A stretch of DNA of 64,000 nt from Eledone cirrhosa (Eukaryota), in contig OZ024745.1 of the NCBI GenBank assembly GCA_964016885.1, positions 19,282,001 through 19,346,000 of the forward strand. Direction: 5' to 3'. Below the pieces are notes generated by a model. The model made no database searches, was not told the DNA's origin, and saw only the letters and a program-made list of their open reading frames with translations. This document shows, piece after piece, positions 1-12,720 of this stretch (the first letter of the stretch is position 1; every line of letters begins with the position of its first letter). The position numbers were made by a program, and so were the translations under genes.

Positions 1-1585
1 ATGTGAGGTAAAGCCTTTACCATGAAAATACAACTGTAAATATAGAGTAATGTGATTGCAAAACACATTCTCAACACCAGAGTTTACCAAAGTGAGATCT
101 GTAAATTTAATTTAAAAAATTGAGAAACAGTTGATGAGAATCAAATAGTTTTGTTTACTTTAAATGCAAACACCACAGTTCATTAAACACTATAGACAGC
201 AAGGATCTTGTCTATTTTCCTTAAATTAAGTTCGTGTCCTCGATATATGGTTACAGAGTTATTTCCTCTTTACCATGAATATTTTCCAGTTGTTTCCCTT
301 AGATTAAAAATATATTCTTTAAAGAATCATATATTAAGTTACTTAGTAAACAATAAATCACTCAAAATATTTCATTAATTAATTGAAATTGAGTGTATAT
401 CATTAGAAATACAGTAACGTAATGGTTAAGAGGTGGCCAAAATAGTTGGGATTAAGAAGGACAGCTAACTTGATCTATGACAACCCGTCGAAGTCAGACG
501 AGATGGGCACAGAATGAACAATTCTAATCATTGTTCTACTGGATCAAGGTTGACTTAAGACTAAGTCAACCTTGATTTATGGGCCATTATAGATCAGTCG
601 TGACTTGGTCCATGATGACCCATTTAACCCTTGTCAGCATGGAAAAACGGATATTAAACTGATTATTATGATGATGAGTTTAAGACAGGACTCCAATATT
701 AAATATGTTCTTCCATTAAGATAATATGGTATAGTTTATGGTAATTTGGCTGCTATTTCTAGCATAGATTCCAACTTCAGTTCTGTTGTTGTTCTTCGTG
801 GTGGTGGTGGTATTTACCCAGACGGAAAACATTGAATGTTTAACTAAATAAAAAGGAAAACTAGAAAAGAGCCAATTGTTGGATTGGACATCATTATCAT
901 CATCCTCACTGTTTAACATCCATTTTCCCCCACTAGCATGGGTTAGAAGAGTTGTCCTGCTGTGAAACATGCTAGATCAGATGACCATGACTTGCTCAAA
1001 CAGAACTGTTTCTGGTTTGGTTTCTAAGGTTGGATGCCCTTCCTAATGCCAACCACATTTACAGCCTGATCTAGGTGCTTTTTGTTGTGACACCTACTTT
1101 ATAGTGTGGACTAGGGGCTTTTTGTCGTGTCACCAACACAACCACTTTACAGGGTGGATTGGGGGCGTTTTGTCATGATACCTACACAACCAGAGTAAAA
1201 AGGGCACTTTTAATCGTAACAGGCACTTTTTGTCATGACACATGTTATCGAGACAAAGAAGATGAATTTTCTATTGGTCCTTCTATTACTGATACTATCT
1301 GTCAGAAATTGTGACAGGCAAAAGTCTCACCATTTTTATGGTGACAGGAGATGGGATCTGAACTCAGAATGTACAGAGACAGAAGAAATACCACAAAGTA
1401 TCCCATTGAAGACTTTAACAATTCCACTAATCTACTGTCCTTGGACTGGTACTTTGTCAGCCCTTGTAAAGAGGAAAAGTAAAGTTAACCTTAACAGAAT
1501 TTAAACACCGAGTGCAGTGAGCCAAAACAAAAAACAAGATATTTAATCCAATGTTCTAACAATTCTGCCAATTTGTCACCTAAAT

Positions 1586-1936
1586 CAGTGGTTCCCAACC
1601 TTTTGTGCACCATGCCCCACCTCAATATCACAAAAATTGTTATGTCCCCTCCCCCATGATATAAAAATACCTCTCTTTCATATGAAAACAGTGTTAATCA
1701 ACTGTAAAGTGTAAACAAATTGGTGTATAAGTGGTGCCAGATACACAACATGTGTGGAGGAGACAGGAGTTTCCAGCAGTAATGTCTTGCCTTGGTGTAA
1801 AAGTAATAAGGTAAAACCTGAAGTTTCTTCTCATGAACGTCATTTTCAAACTGCCTCTCCCCCACCTTAAATATTCAAATAGTTCCCCTGTGTGTGGGGG
1901 GAGGGGGGGGGGGCAAATTGCCACTGAGTATCACGG
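1586..1936. mobile_element. Non-autonomous hAT (Charlie-like) MITE, degenerate
   Basis: Starts CAGTGGTTCCCAACC with a degenerate right end. Imperfect 8 bp flanks ACCTAAAT/ACTTAGAT. Confidence 0.5.
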
Positions 1937-1991
1937 ACTTAGATGAAAGCAAAAGAATAAATAAATAAATAAATCTTGTAAAAGAACTTAC

Positions 1992-2125
1992 CGGAAGACC
2001 TCTAAAATCATTAGTATAGTAGTGGCAACTTCTTTCTGGACCATTCCATTTTCAATTATAGACACTTTTAGAGTCCATATAAAACGAAGAATAAAATCCT
2101 CTAAAATAGCAAAGTAATAATAACC
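1992..2125 (-). CDS. XPR1: XPR1 coding exon 13 (EXS); gene continues beyond window start
   Basis: 134 nt, GYYYFAILEDFILRFIWTLKVS...LEVFR; cag acceptor, gtaag donor. The expected RFVWNFFRLENEH exon was not found in 1-1990. Confidence 0.94.
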
Positions 2126-2245
2126 CTGAAATTAAATTTAGACAAAATATTTGAGAATTCCATCCTAATCCAATAACATTTTATATAGTTCAATATAGCA
2201 GAGTTATTTCCTCTTGAATATAAATATTTTATAGCATTTACAATA

Positions 2246-2591
2246 CAGTGGAACCTCGTCTCACGAACACCTCTCATCACAAACAAATCAGTTCAAGAAC
2301 AATATTTCTGAACACAAAACGTCTCAGTTCCTGAACAGTATCTTGAGTAACGTACTCGCAAGCCAGCAACAATGGTTGGCAACAAGCTGGGATGGATTAT
2401 CAGAAGGAAAGTGTCATTTGCTGTGTAGTTAGTTACTATGGTCATATCTATCTGTCTTTCACACACAGTTCCTTTCTCACTGCATTTCTCTCTCAACATT
2501 TTGTATGGGAAAAATAGTTTTGGTTTACAAATATTTCAGGAGAAGAATGACCTTCAGGAACAAATTAAGTTTGTGAACCGAGGTTCCACTG
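2246..2591. mobile_element. Tc1/mariner (Tigger/pogo-like) MITE
   Basis: TIRs CAGTGGAACCTCG...CGAGGTTCCACTG with TA on both sides. Confidence 0.8.
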
Positions 2592-3464
2592 TATAAAGAT
2601 ATAATGGATAAGGCTTTGGGGGTCACAATTGTAATATCATGGCTTCTTTTCCTGGGCTGAGTGGTTCAAATTATTCTTGAGCAAAATATTTGATTTCAGA
2701 CTGTTCCAGTGAACTTAGCTGAAAGTTAGTACTAGCAGCATCTGGAAGTTAATCCTGTGATGGACTGGTGTCCTGTCCAGGGAGTGTCTTGTATACTCAG
2801 TCACTTAATGCCAATGAAACCAAGATTAGTATCATTCATGGTACCTATGTACAGATGATGAATTGGTAGAATGCTAAAGCATCAGACAAAATGCCTTGCA
2901 ATATTTGTTCCAGCAATTTGAATGGCAGATTAAGTTTGTTGTTCAGTTTTTTACATCACCTCAGAGCACTTCTATTGGACAACCATACAGGAATTGTCAG
3001 AGCCAATATTTTTATATGTTATCAGCTAGACACACTGAAATACATGAAATAATGCATTTACAATAGTGTCAGTAGCAAGATTAGAACTGATGTGGCCAAT
3101 ACTACAATATATATATATATTTAATCCAATCTAGGGCCTTCTCACTCCTGATGAATGAACCCCTCCCTGGTTGATCTCCATTGCTATCTGTTTGGCCAAT
3201 TCCGAGTTGGTGAGGCTATTCAACTTTCTTTCCTTTAGACAGACAATACTCTGCTCTAGTCAGAGTTATTGTTCACTAGCAAAAGTTGCTCTGACTAGCA
3301 GTAGCAAGACTAATCTTCCATAGCAAGGACAACCCAGCAAGAACAAGAGATACTACTCCACAGTTTCCATCTACCAAATTTCAATGTCTTTGAGGTCAAC
3401 CCAAAAGAATGAGAAAGACGTCCAAAATTTTACACTGTAGGATCAAACTAAAACCTCATGATAG

Positions 3465-5573
3465 TGTAGCGGTTGTCTCCCTTGTTTTGATTGGGATCTA
3501 GACGGGAGGTGGAACCCTTTCTGCAACTTACGGTCAGAGCCCTATAAAACTAACAACTTTAAGCTTCCTTTCTCTCTTTGCCTATTCGGCACCAGGTCGA
3601 AGAGCCTCTCATTTGGCTCTGCCATTAATTTGGCCAACAGGCGCCTGGCCTTAGCCAGGCGTCTTCTGCCAGCCGCGTTTGCCTGGCAATCAAAACGGTA
3701 ACTACTAACTTTGTTTCATTCTAACATCTATATTTGACATGTCAAGTATTCTATCTACCGTTAATTAAATATTATATACACAAACCATGTCTCGTTTTGT
3801 TACATTCATACACCCAGTAATCTCGCTATATTGGTGACCCTGACGTGATACGAACACGCAGCCGTTCATCGCTATAAGTGGTCACCCCAAAAAAAAAAAG
3901 AAAAAAATAGCACATCTGGTTTTGTGAGTAACATTACGAATACACAGCAAATTTAGCGACAAACTATGAAAATACTCAAGGACACGCACACACGCACATG
4001 TGAAATTCGCACAGACATACTTTTTCTCTCACGCATCAATTAACTGTCGCATTTCACCAATATATATATATATGTTTCTCGTTTCTTACAACGAACACTT
4101 TCAAAACAAAAAAAACATTTCACGATATATATATATGTTTCTCGTTTCTTACAACGAACTCTTTCAAAACACAAAAAAAAAAAAGAAATTTGATATTCTT
4201 TAAAAAACATTTCAACAGGAACATTTATTTTCGATGAACCATTGCCTTTTGTTCATCGTTTTCTTCATCGTTCAAGTTTTTTGTTTTTTTCCAAAGTTCA
4301 CACCAATAATTATGCTGATTGAAGCCTTTCTTTTTCATCATTGTCACTTTCAAAATTGCACTATCATTTTCTCGCGCGTTAGAAATATTTTTTTTCAACC
4401 TTGTATTGGCACGTGTGGGCAGCATAAATTCTCGATTCACTGAGATGTCTCTACTCACAGACAGCCGCACGCCAGAGATAGCATTTCTCCCCCAAGGATT
4501 CTTCAGCCCTAAGCTATATTCTTCTATTTGCCGGTTTATAAATTTACAATGTAAATTTACCGTTGATAACCGCGCATTTATTGGGAATGCTTATTTCTCT
4601 GGTCGCTGGCCTCTTGACCCTTCCAGGTCAACGCATTCTCAACATCGACCATCAACTTCGGCTGCTATTTCTGGCACTTTGCGCAACTCATTTTTTTCTA
4701 AAAAAAAATTTTTTTACTGTGAATTTAAACACCGAATACACTCACTCAGCGAGACAACAGCAGCAGCAACAGCAATATAACAGCAACAGCAATACATCAA
4801 CACAGCTTCACCAAAGCCAGAGAATTTATTTTTGCAGCACTCTTCCTGTGAGAAAATCCATTCGGAGGTTGGAAATTTCACGATATACCACAGAACAGAA
4901 ACCACCTGCATTCATTCTCTGGAACACACTTTCTTTCCTGCTGTCATGTGATTGCACACCTGTGAACTATATTTTGAACTTTGAGCTCTTCTATTACTTT
5001 TACTTTATTACATTGTATCTTTGGGTGATGGATAGATGGATGTCCAGTCGTTCTCTGGCCAAGAGCGGTTGGCTACCTTGATATCTATCATGGATTTTTC
5101 CAAACATTCTTTTGTCGTAATTTTCATGCCTGTTACAACATTCTCGCCAACTTGCTACATATTTTCATTTCGATTTTTATACACTAAAATTCTGGCGGGA
5201 GGTTATGTAGCGGTTGTCTCCCTTGTTTTGATTGGGATCTAGACGGGAGGTGGAACCCTTTCTGCAACTTCCGGTCAGAGCCCTATAAAACTAACAACTT
5301 TAAGCTTCCTTTCTCTCTTTGCCTATTAGGCACCAGGTCGAAGAGCCTCTCATTTGGCTCTGCCATTAATTTGGCCAACAGGCGCCTGGCCTTAGCCAGG
5401 CGTCTTCTGCCAGCCGCGTTTGCCTGGCAATCAAAACGGTAACTACTAACTTTGTTTCATTCTAACATCTATATTTGACATGTCAAGTATTCTATCTACC
5501 GTTAATTAAATATTATATACACAAACCATGTCTCGTTTTGTTACATTCATACAACCTCAGTAATCTCGCTATA
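3465..5573 (+). mobile_element. Non-autonomous LTR retroelement (LTRs 3465-3830 and 5206-5573)
   Basis: Two near-identical ~367 bp direct repeats, ATAG target duplication at 3461-3464 and 5574-5577, tRNA-Trp PBS at 3832, purine-rich tract before the 3' LTR. The 1.37 kb interior has no recognisable gag/pol. Confidence 0.92.
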
Positions 5574-5958
5574 ATAGTAAAGCAAACTTTTTCACTAATC
5601 ACCCATGCCTACATCCATGGATAAAGCTACAGACTGATAAATAAATAAGTGTTTCTAATTTAGACACAAGGCCAGTAATTTAGGGAAGGGGCAAGAGGAT
5701 TATATCAACCCCAGTAATTGCAGTAAATTACTTTATTTTACTGATCCCGAAAGGATGACAGGCAAATTTGACCTCAGCAGAAATTGAACTCAGAATGTAA
5801 AGAGTCCGAACAAATACTGCTACACATTTGTCCAATACTCTAATGACTCTGCCAACCTACCACTCTTAGACAAATAAATAATACATCTTTGGCTCATATT
5901 AGAAGCAGGGATGGGGTGATAGGCAACCAGAGAAATATACAACAAAGGCTTTACTCAC

Positions 5959-6161
5959 ACTGTAGGTATAAACACACTCTTCTCGAAGGAACTTGTTTTC
6001 ACCTTCAGTTTTCTCAAAGAGACCCCAGTCCATTTTGATGTCCCATGTAAATGTGTAGCAGGAGCTAATTAATAGTGCCACAATCCAAGTGTAAAAGAAA
6101 ATGTTTTGTTCTGTTTCATAGCCATTGGTATTCTCATCATCCTCTAGGGCAGCATGTTTCT
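5959..6161 (-). CDS. XPR1: XPR1 coding exon 12 (EXS)
   Basis: 203 nt, ...[47 protein letters not shown]; cag acceptor, gtgag donor. Confidence 0.95.
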
Positions 6162-6961
6162 CTGTCAAAATACAAAGATACAAAGCAAGAACATTTTATT
6201 TCAGATATTTTCTTTTATAAAGTAGTGGGAGGAAGAAAAGAAATAGCAGTAGTCATGGCCTTTGCAAAGGTTCACCATAACACGTTGTAGGACAAGAAAA
6301 TGTGTGTTGAGGAAGAAGAGAAAGAGCAGTAGTCATGGCCTTTCACCCAACTCAGTAACCAAGCGAGGTCTGGGATCTTGTCGATCAATTCAAGAAGACA
6401 AGTTAACAAAGTAAATGAGTTTTTAAAAAAAAGTAACCCCTACTCTCTTTTATTTATACATGTAAATCGGTGGCTGGTCGAGGGACGGAGTTGTATCAGT
6501 TTCCAGTTCCTAATCACTTTACTGTGTCGGCCATCACATATAGTCATAGCCGGCATGGACTGAGGTTGGACTCTTGTCGATCGATTGGTTATTGATTAGG
6601 TGATACCCGTTGATGAACCCACATGCGCCGATTATGCATTGTTGCATAATATATGCAGACAGAGGGTGCAGTGCACGCTATTGCTGCTTTAAGTGTGGCC
6701 GAAACTCGAGTCTGGGAACTAATATAGGCACCCGTTTTACATGTGTTGTATTGAAGCGAATAACTATGTGTATACTCTGGAATGTATTCTACATTATCTA
6801 TTAAGTACGCTGAAATACAACCAGTCCTGGCATTGTTAAATACGCTGGGTCCGTCAACTTCTTATTATATATATGAGTCTCGAGTTCAATCAGGGGTAAC
6901 CCCAGTTAGTAAGGTACTCAACACATTAGTAGAGAGTAAACATCATGTTTAATATAGAAAT

Positions 6962-7013
6962 GGCTTCTACAGGACTAGAACTGTTTCATTCAAAAGAAAT
7001 CGTCAGGAAAGCC
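6962..7013 (-). ncRNA. Candidate type I hammerhead ribozyme inside an inverted repeat (6942-7078)
   Basis: Minus strand reads GGCTTTC-CTGACGA-T-TTC TTTT GAA-T-GAAACAG-loop-CTGTA-GAAGCC. The plus arm has CTGATGA...GAAACAG...CTGTA. Confidence 0.55.
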
Positions 7014-7199
7014 CTGATGATATATCTTGAATGAAACAGTTCTTGTCCTGTAGAAGCCATTTCTATATTAATCATGATATATATATATATATCTTTCTGT
7101 TATAGTCCATATACCTCATACGTAATTGAATAACAAATTACTCCTCTGCCATACACTATACTACAATATTGACATAATAGAAGCCATCTTACATCTTAC

Positions 7200-7403
7200 C
7201 TTTGTACATTTTATAAATGGAGTGAAATATCACCACCAGAAAGGTGGTAGCATATTTCCCGGCATTGACAATGTGAGGGAATTTCAGGTGAGTATCATTA
7301 TAACGACGGAGACATTGAGCAAAACGGAACCATGCAGGCAGACAGTTGACGATAGCTCGGATACCATATTTGGTCTGAAGACAGGTGGATGCAGCTGAAT
7401 TCA
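7200..7403 (-). CDS. XPR1: XPR1 coding exon 11 (EXS)
   Basis: 204 nt, ...[43 protein letters not shown].... A second in-phase AG lies 9 nt downstream, so the acceptor is slightly uncertain. Confidence 0.92.
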
Positions 7404-8433
7404 CTGAAGTATAATAATATTGAAATGGCATCAGAGGTTTTATATTTTTTCATTCGATTTTAGTGAGAGGGAAGGACATCCTGTCCCGAGGGCAGTCTCT
7501 TGTACTCTCAGTTGCCACGAAAACCAGGATAAGTACCAGCCTCATGAACCTCCAGGCTTGAGACAAACTTTAGACATTTTATATATGTACAAAAGGTCTA
7601 CCAGAGTTGATATGGCAACTTAACATCAATAATTGAGAGAAATTACACAGGGGCGCCATCCATCCACATGAAACAATAGTTAAGTGAGTGCTTACATAAT
7701 GTAGTAAGCTCCCAAAATTTCAATTAATAAAAATGACCGACAAATTTTATGGGCAAAACCAACCAACAGGAAAGACAGGGGTAGACCCCAAGGAAGATGG
7801 TTGAATAACATATGAGCTTGACTCGTCATGCTTAGGGATCCAGTCAGATCAGTTAGAGATGGTTGCTTCTGACAGGACCCACTTGAAGGAGTGTTTGAGG
7901 ACTCTGCCCCAACAACCCTCTCAGGAATAAGTGGGTGAAGAAGAAAAATGACTATTGCAAAGGTAAAGGTATGTGCCCTAGTGGTTGAGGTGTTGGTCTC
8001 ACAATCATAAGGTCATGGGTTAAATGTCTAGATGGGAGGAGGGGGTAATATCTTGAGTCCTTGAGCAAGACACTTCATTCCATTTTACTCCAGTTCATTC
8101 AGCTAAAAATGGAGACCAGAAGCTGCTGGAAGTTAGCCAAATGACAGACTGGCATCCTGTCTGAGAGTATGGGGTGTAATCTCAGTCATTTAACACCCAC
8201 ATAACTAGGATAAGTTACAGACTTAGTCCAAGCTGTGCAGGCATGGAGAAAAAAAACAGATGTAAAATATTAATTAACTTTAACCATTAAAAAGAGAAGA
8301 AAACTTAGACTCAATGTTTTCAGTCTCTTCATTACAGCTATTGTGTTTCATGCAGAAGGCGTCCCTATCTGAAACTCTTCAGTTATAATGACCAATGAAA
8401 ATTGGTATAGAAATAAAGAGAATGTAAACTTAC

Positions 8434-8587
8434 TTTCATGTTCAGTTGTTTGCCAGTTAAAGACAAAGGCATAGAAGCATGTAAAATAGTAAAAGTCCAA
8501 CATGACAGGTGCCAAGCTATTCAATTGGTCAGCAAGCCAGAAGTCTGCAAATCCTACATGATGAAATGGTGCAGAAACTATTCGGAG
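8434..8587 (-). CDS. XPR1: XPR1 coding exon 10 (EXS)
   Basis: 154 nt, LRIVSAPFHHVGFADFWLADQLNSL...; cag acceptor, gtaag donor. Confidence 0.96.
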
Positions 8588-9496
8588 CTGAAGAAAGACA
8601 AAATAATATATAATGTGCGAGTTTGTGTAAGCATTTGTGTGCATGTGAGTATATAGAGTTGCTGAAGCATGCATCAGTTATTAGCTGTCGAGACACTGCA
8701 TGCTTCCTGAGATTCGCCAACCCTACACCTAATATTCTCTCTACACACATGTATATCATGATTCATACACTATTCACTTCCCTGACATTTGTATATTATT
8801 CTATGTACTATACATGCACCTTTGATGAGTTGTAGTGCACCTGAGCACTGTACACAATAATTTCATTATTATTTATTATTATATATATATGTGTATGTCA
8901 GTATCTATATATATTTATCTATTTTAATCAATTTAAATGTCCATACAGAGCTAGTAAGTCATGACAGACTAGTAAGAAGTATATATTACTTCTTACAGTT
9001 GAGAAACAAAATATAAGATAGACAGAGATAAGTGAATATAAAAATTTAAAATAAAATTAAATTAAATTAAAAAATTCAAATAGGGAAGGCCAATAAGAGA
9101 GAATATATATTAATATGTTATCTTGCATGAGTTGAACAAATTGTTACAGTTTGTGACTGGTTCAGTTGGGAGAACCTTATCTTCCTCAGACATTCCATTT
9201 TTTATATGGTTTCTATGGTTGGATGCTCTTCGGAGCACCAACTACTTTACAGAGTGTACTGAGTGCTTTTTAACAAGGTGCAAGCTCTAGAGAGTTTGTT
9301 ATGTCCTCAACAGCCCTACATTGTCTCAGTTCAGACACTACTTCACAATATACATTGGATGAAGTTTATAATGGCATTAGCATTAGTGAGTTTTTCTTAG
9401 GACTCACAGGACTATATTGTCACCTTCCAGCCAATGACAGCATGACAAAGGGGATATGATGATACTGAATATATATATATATATATCATTATTTAT

Positions 9497-9820
9497 AGTG
9501 GATTGGCAGTATTGGTAGAGAGTCAGACGCCATGCTTTCTAGCATAGTTACGTCCCTTTACGATCTGAGTTCAAATCCCGCCAAGGTTGACTTTGCCTTT
9601 CATCCTTACGGGGGTCGATAAAATAAAGTACCAGTAATGCACTGGGTAATTGCTGGCCTTGTGCCAAAAGTAGAAACAATTATTTATATATATCATTATT
9701 TATATATATAACCCCACTGAGGTTGACTTTGCCTTTCATCCTTACATGGTCGATAAAATAAAGTACCAGTAATACACTGGATAATTGCTGGCCTTGTGCC
9801 AAAAAGTAGAAACAATTATT
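9497..9820 (+). mobile_element. SINE-like family B copy plus partial tandem copy
   Basis: Core TTGCCTTTCATCCTTACGGGGTCGATAAAATAAAGTACCAGT with an ATT-rich tail; recurs at about 10 sites in the window. Confidence 0.75.
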
Positions 9821-10120
9821 TATATATATAAACCATCATCATCATCGTTTAACCTCTACCTTCCACGCTGTACATTAGTAAAAGTAGAGGTGACTAGCCA
9901 AAACTACTGACATCACACCCGATCCTCTACTTTTACTAATATATCCACCCTGCACCATACCATGTATTGAGTTTGTGGTCTTCCTGGTCCTAGTAGCACA
10001 GACTATCAATATATATATATATATTGAGAAATGAAATTTCGTTTCATTTTTTCGTTTCATTTTTTCCATTTATATTTATATATATATATATTATATATAT
10101 ATAATAAATATATATATATA

Positions 10121-10490
10121 TCATCATCATCATTTCATTTTATGTCCGCTTTTCCCTGCTTGCAAGGGTGGGACGGAACTGATTCTGGCTTGATTTCTAC
10201 AGCTGGATGCCCTTCCCAACACCAACCTCATTTACAGTGAGTGCTGGGTGCTTTTTTTCCGTGGCACCTAGACGTCTACTTTACAGTGAGTGCTGGGTGC
10301 TTTTTTGCCATGGCACCTCCACAACCACTTTACACTGGAATGATATGGACCCCAGTCCCTATCATCTCATTTCTACAGCTGAGTAAACTGGAGCAATGTG
10401 AAGGAAACAACACATCACCCGGTCTGAGAATTGAACTCATAACCTTTCGATTGCTAGGCCAATGCTCTAACCACTAAGCCATGTGCCTCC
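10121..10490 (-). mobile_element. tRNA-headed SINE family A with RTE-derived tail
   Basis: Reverse complement of 17788-18177; A/B-box-like head and (GAT)n tail. Confidence 0.85.
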
Positions 10491-10665
10491 ATATATTTAT
10501 ATATATTTATTAAAATAACAGATTAAAGTTTAAGCAAAGAATCGCTGCTTTCACCCTTAACGTGATCTTCTGAAACTAAACATTCTAGGGTTCTTATATA
10601 TTTGATATATATTTATCCTTATCGAGCTCTCTTTGGATTTTAGTCTTCACATTTATTATTATTAC

Positions 10666-10701
<36 letters not shown>

Positions 10702-10991
10702 AAGGAGAATGGTGTGATCATGTGAAGAGATGATATAAAATAAGATGAACAACCTTCAAGATAGAAAAAGAAGTTGCCATCAGCTGCTTATATATATCAT
10801 TATCATCATTTTGTCCATTTTTTAGGCTGGCATGGTTTGGACAGGTCCTTATAGACCAAGTCAGTGCTTTATTGGAGCCACTCATCTCCTAGGGATAATA
10901 TATTTATCATTCTTTCTACAAAGGTCCAAGAAGCAACAAATAATAATTTGTTCTTATTTTGAGAAAAAACAAAAACATTTCTACAACTTAC

Positions 10992-11171
10992 CAATATTCG
11001 GATAAGCCAAAATCTTGCTCGATGATGGAATATTTGTATCGGGTTGATTAGGTATACAATGAGAATGATAACAAGGCTAAATGGGCTGATGAATGCTGGG
11101 ATGTCTAATGAATTACTAAAGAGGTAGAGCAGCACACTGGAGGCCCAGAGAACAGCTAAACCTGAAGCAGT
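10992..11171 (-). CDS. XPR1: XPR1 coding exon 9
   Basis: 180 nt, TASGLAVLWASS...LINPIQIFHHRARFWLIRIL; cag acceptor, gtaag donor. Confidence 0.94.
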
Positions 11172-11645
11172 CTGAAATTTCAAGAAAAAGAATCAAGTTT
11201 ATGATATTGTTAATAAAGTAATTTGTCAAAATGGTCAACACACAGAACAAAAAATATATATATATCATTCAGTTCATATAATAGTTTCTGATTTAGTGAT
11301 TTAGACACAAGGCCAACAATTTTGGGAGCGGGAGAAAGTAGATTAAATCGACACCAGTGCGTTACTGGTACTTTATTTTATCAACCCTGTAAAGATGAAC
11401 GGCAAAGCTAACCTTGGTCGGATCTGAACTCAGAACATAAAGGGATACAACTATAGAAAAACATATATGTCACTCACTTCATCTAATATCAATGAGTTTG
11501 TTTCTTAGTTTGAATACAGCTTTATGGAAACACACACACACACACACTCACACACACACAGCAGTGGTAGAAATAGGAGGAACACAGGAGGATAGCATGT
11601 CTTTACTTTGCAGTTTCTAACAGTTTACTCGTTATAACCTGTATC

Positions 11646-11973
11646 CAGGGCTGGATTTAGACCTAGGGGTCCCAGGGCACTTCAGATTTAGGGGAGCTCG
11701 GGGCACTTCAGATTTTTGTTCATACACACAAAAATATTAGAATATACAGCAAACCCCCCGATTTTACATATCAAAGTCAGCTTGGAACAAATAATTGGAA
11801 TTGAAAAGTTATACATACAGGTATTAAATTTTAAAAATCTAACCATCCTAAAACTAAAGAGCCCAGCAGAGGGCACAAATAAAGCAGTATGGCCGTGGCT
11901 TGTGCCCAATACACACACACTGCAGGGAACCTGGGGCAATTGCCCCCTTTGCCCCTCATTAAATCTGGCCCTA
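11646..11973. mobile_element. Non-autonomous hAT MITE
   Basis: TIRs CAGGGCTGGATTT...AAATCTGGCCCTA; 8 bp flanks CCTGTATC/CCTGTACC. Confidence 0.75.
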
Positions 11974-12532
11974 CCTGTACCCACTTCCTTTCCAGCTTCA
12001 GCCTCATGAAGTATATACTTTAGTATACTCCTAGTTTCTAATTCCACAATTGTGAGGTTGTGAGTTCAATTCCTAAACCAAACATTGCATTATGTCCTTG
12101 AGCAAGACACTTTATTTCATGTTGCCCTTTCTGCCAGGAGTTGCAATTGGTAAATTTGGTAAGCAAATAAGTTAATCATTTTTTTTTTTTTAATTAACCA
12201 ATAAAACACTCAATACATGTAATAAAGTATAGAATTTATTTTTACAAAAGGTTGGCAGTGAGTTTGAAGTGTTGCCCGAGGGTGGTTCAGGTAGACTGTA
12301 ATTTCTGTATAGTCAATGTTGTTTATATGCTTGGGTCAGTCATATGGGTAAGGTATAATGAGTTCCATGTAGGTAGAGTTTCAATTAAATTGTTGCAAAT
12401 CAATGGTTGAAGAAAAAAAACATGTGCACATGGTTGAAATTCCAGAGATCTGACATTCTGGAAAGGAAGGATTTGATGTAGCATTTAGTGTGATTTAGAG
12501 ATGATAATGTTGAAGATAAACATCATACTGAC

Positions 12533-12720
12533 CTCAAGCAGCTGTTGGTGGGTCAAATGATTTCGGGGGTCAAGTTCAAATATTAAAACATGATTAACAC
12601 CTGATGTCCTCCATCCATATGTGTTCATCCCAAGTAAGAACACATCAAGTATAAGTAAGAACGGGCCCCTGTAGATACGTAACGCAGGTTCCCAGTCACT
12701 GGAATGTTTGGTATATTTGG
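12533..12720 (-). CDS. XPR1: XPR1 coding exon 8
   Basis: 188 nt, ...[49 protein letters not shown]; cag acceptor, gtcag donor. Confidence 0.95.

Noticed and set aside
543-577. 15 bp-stem hairpin ATCAAGGTTGACTTA/TAAGTCAACCTTGAT
   Set aside because: Looks like a local duplication-inversion of a repeat tail (similar sequence near 49395); nothing else supports function.
4000-5242. ORFs inside the LTR element as gag or env
   Set aside because: Short, overlapping and low-complexity, with no CCHC knuckle, protease, RT or integrase motifs.
10538-10580. Another hammerhead-like motif (CAGAAGA-TCAC...GTGAAA, minus)
   Set aside because: The core is mutated and there is no convincing stem I or III.
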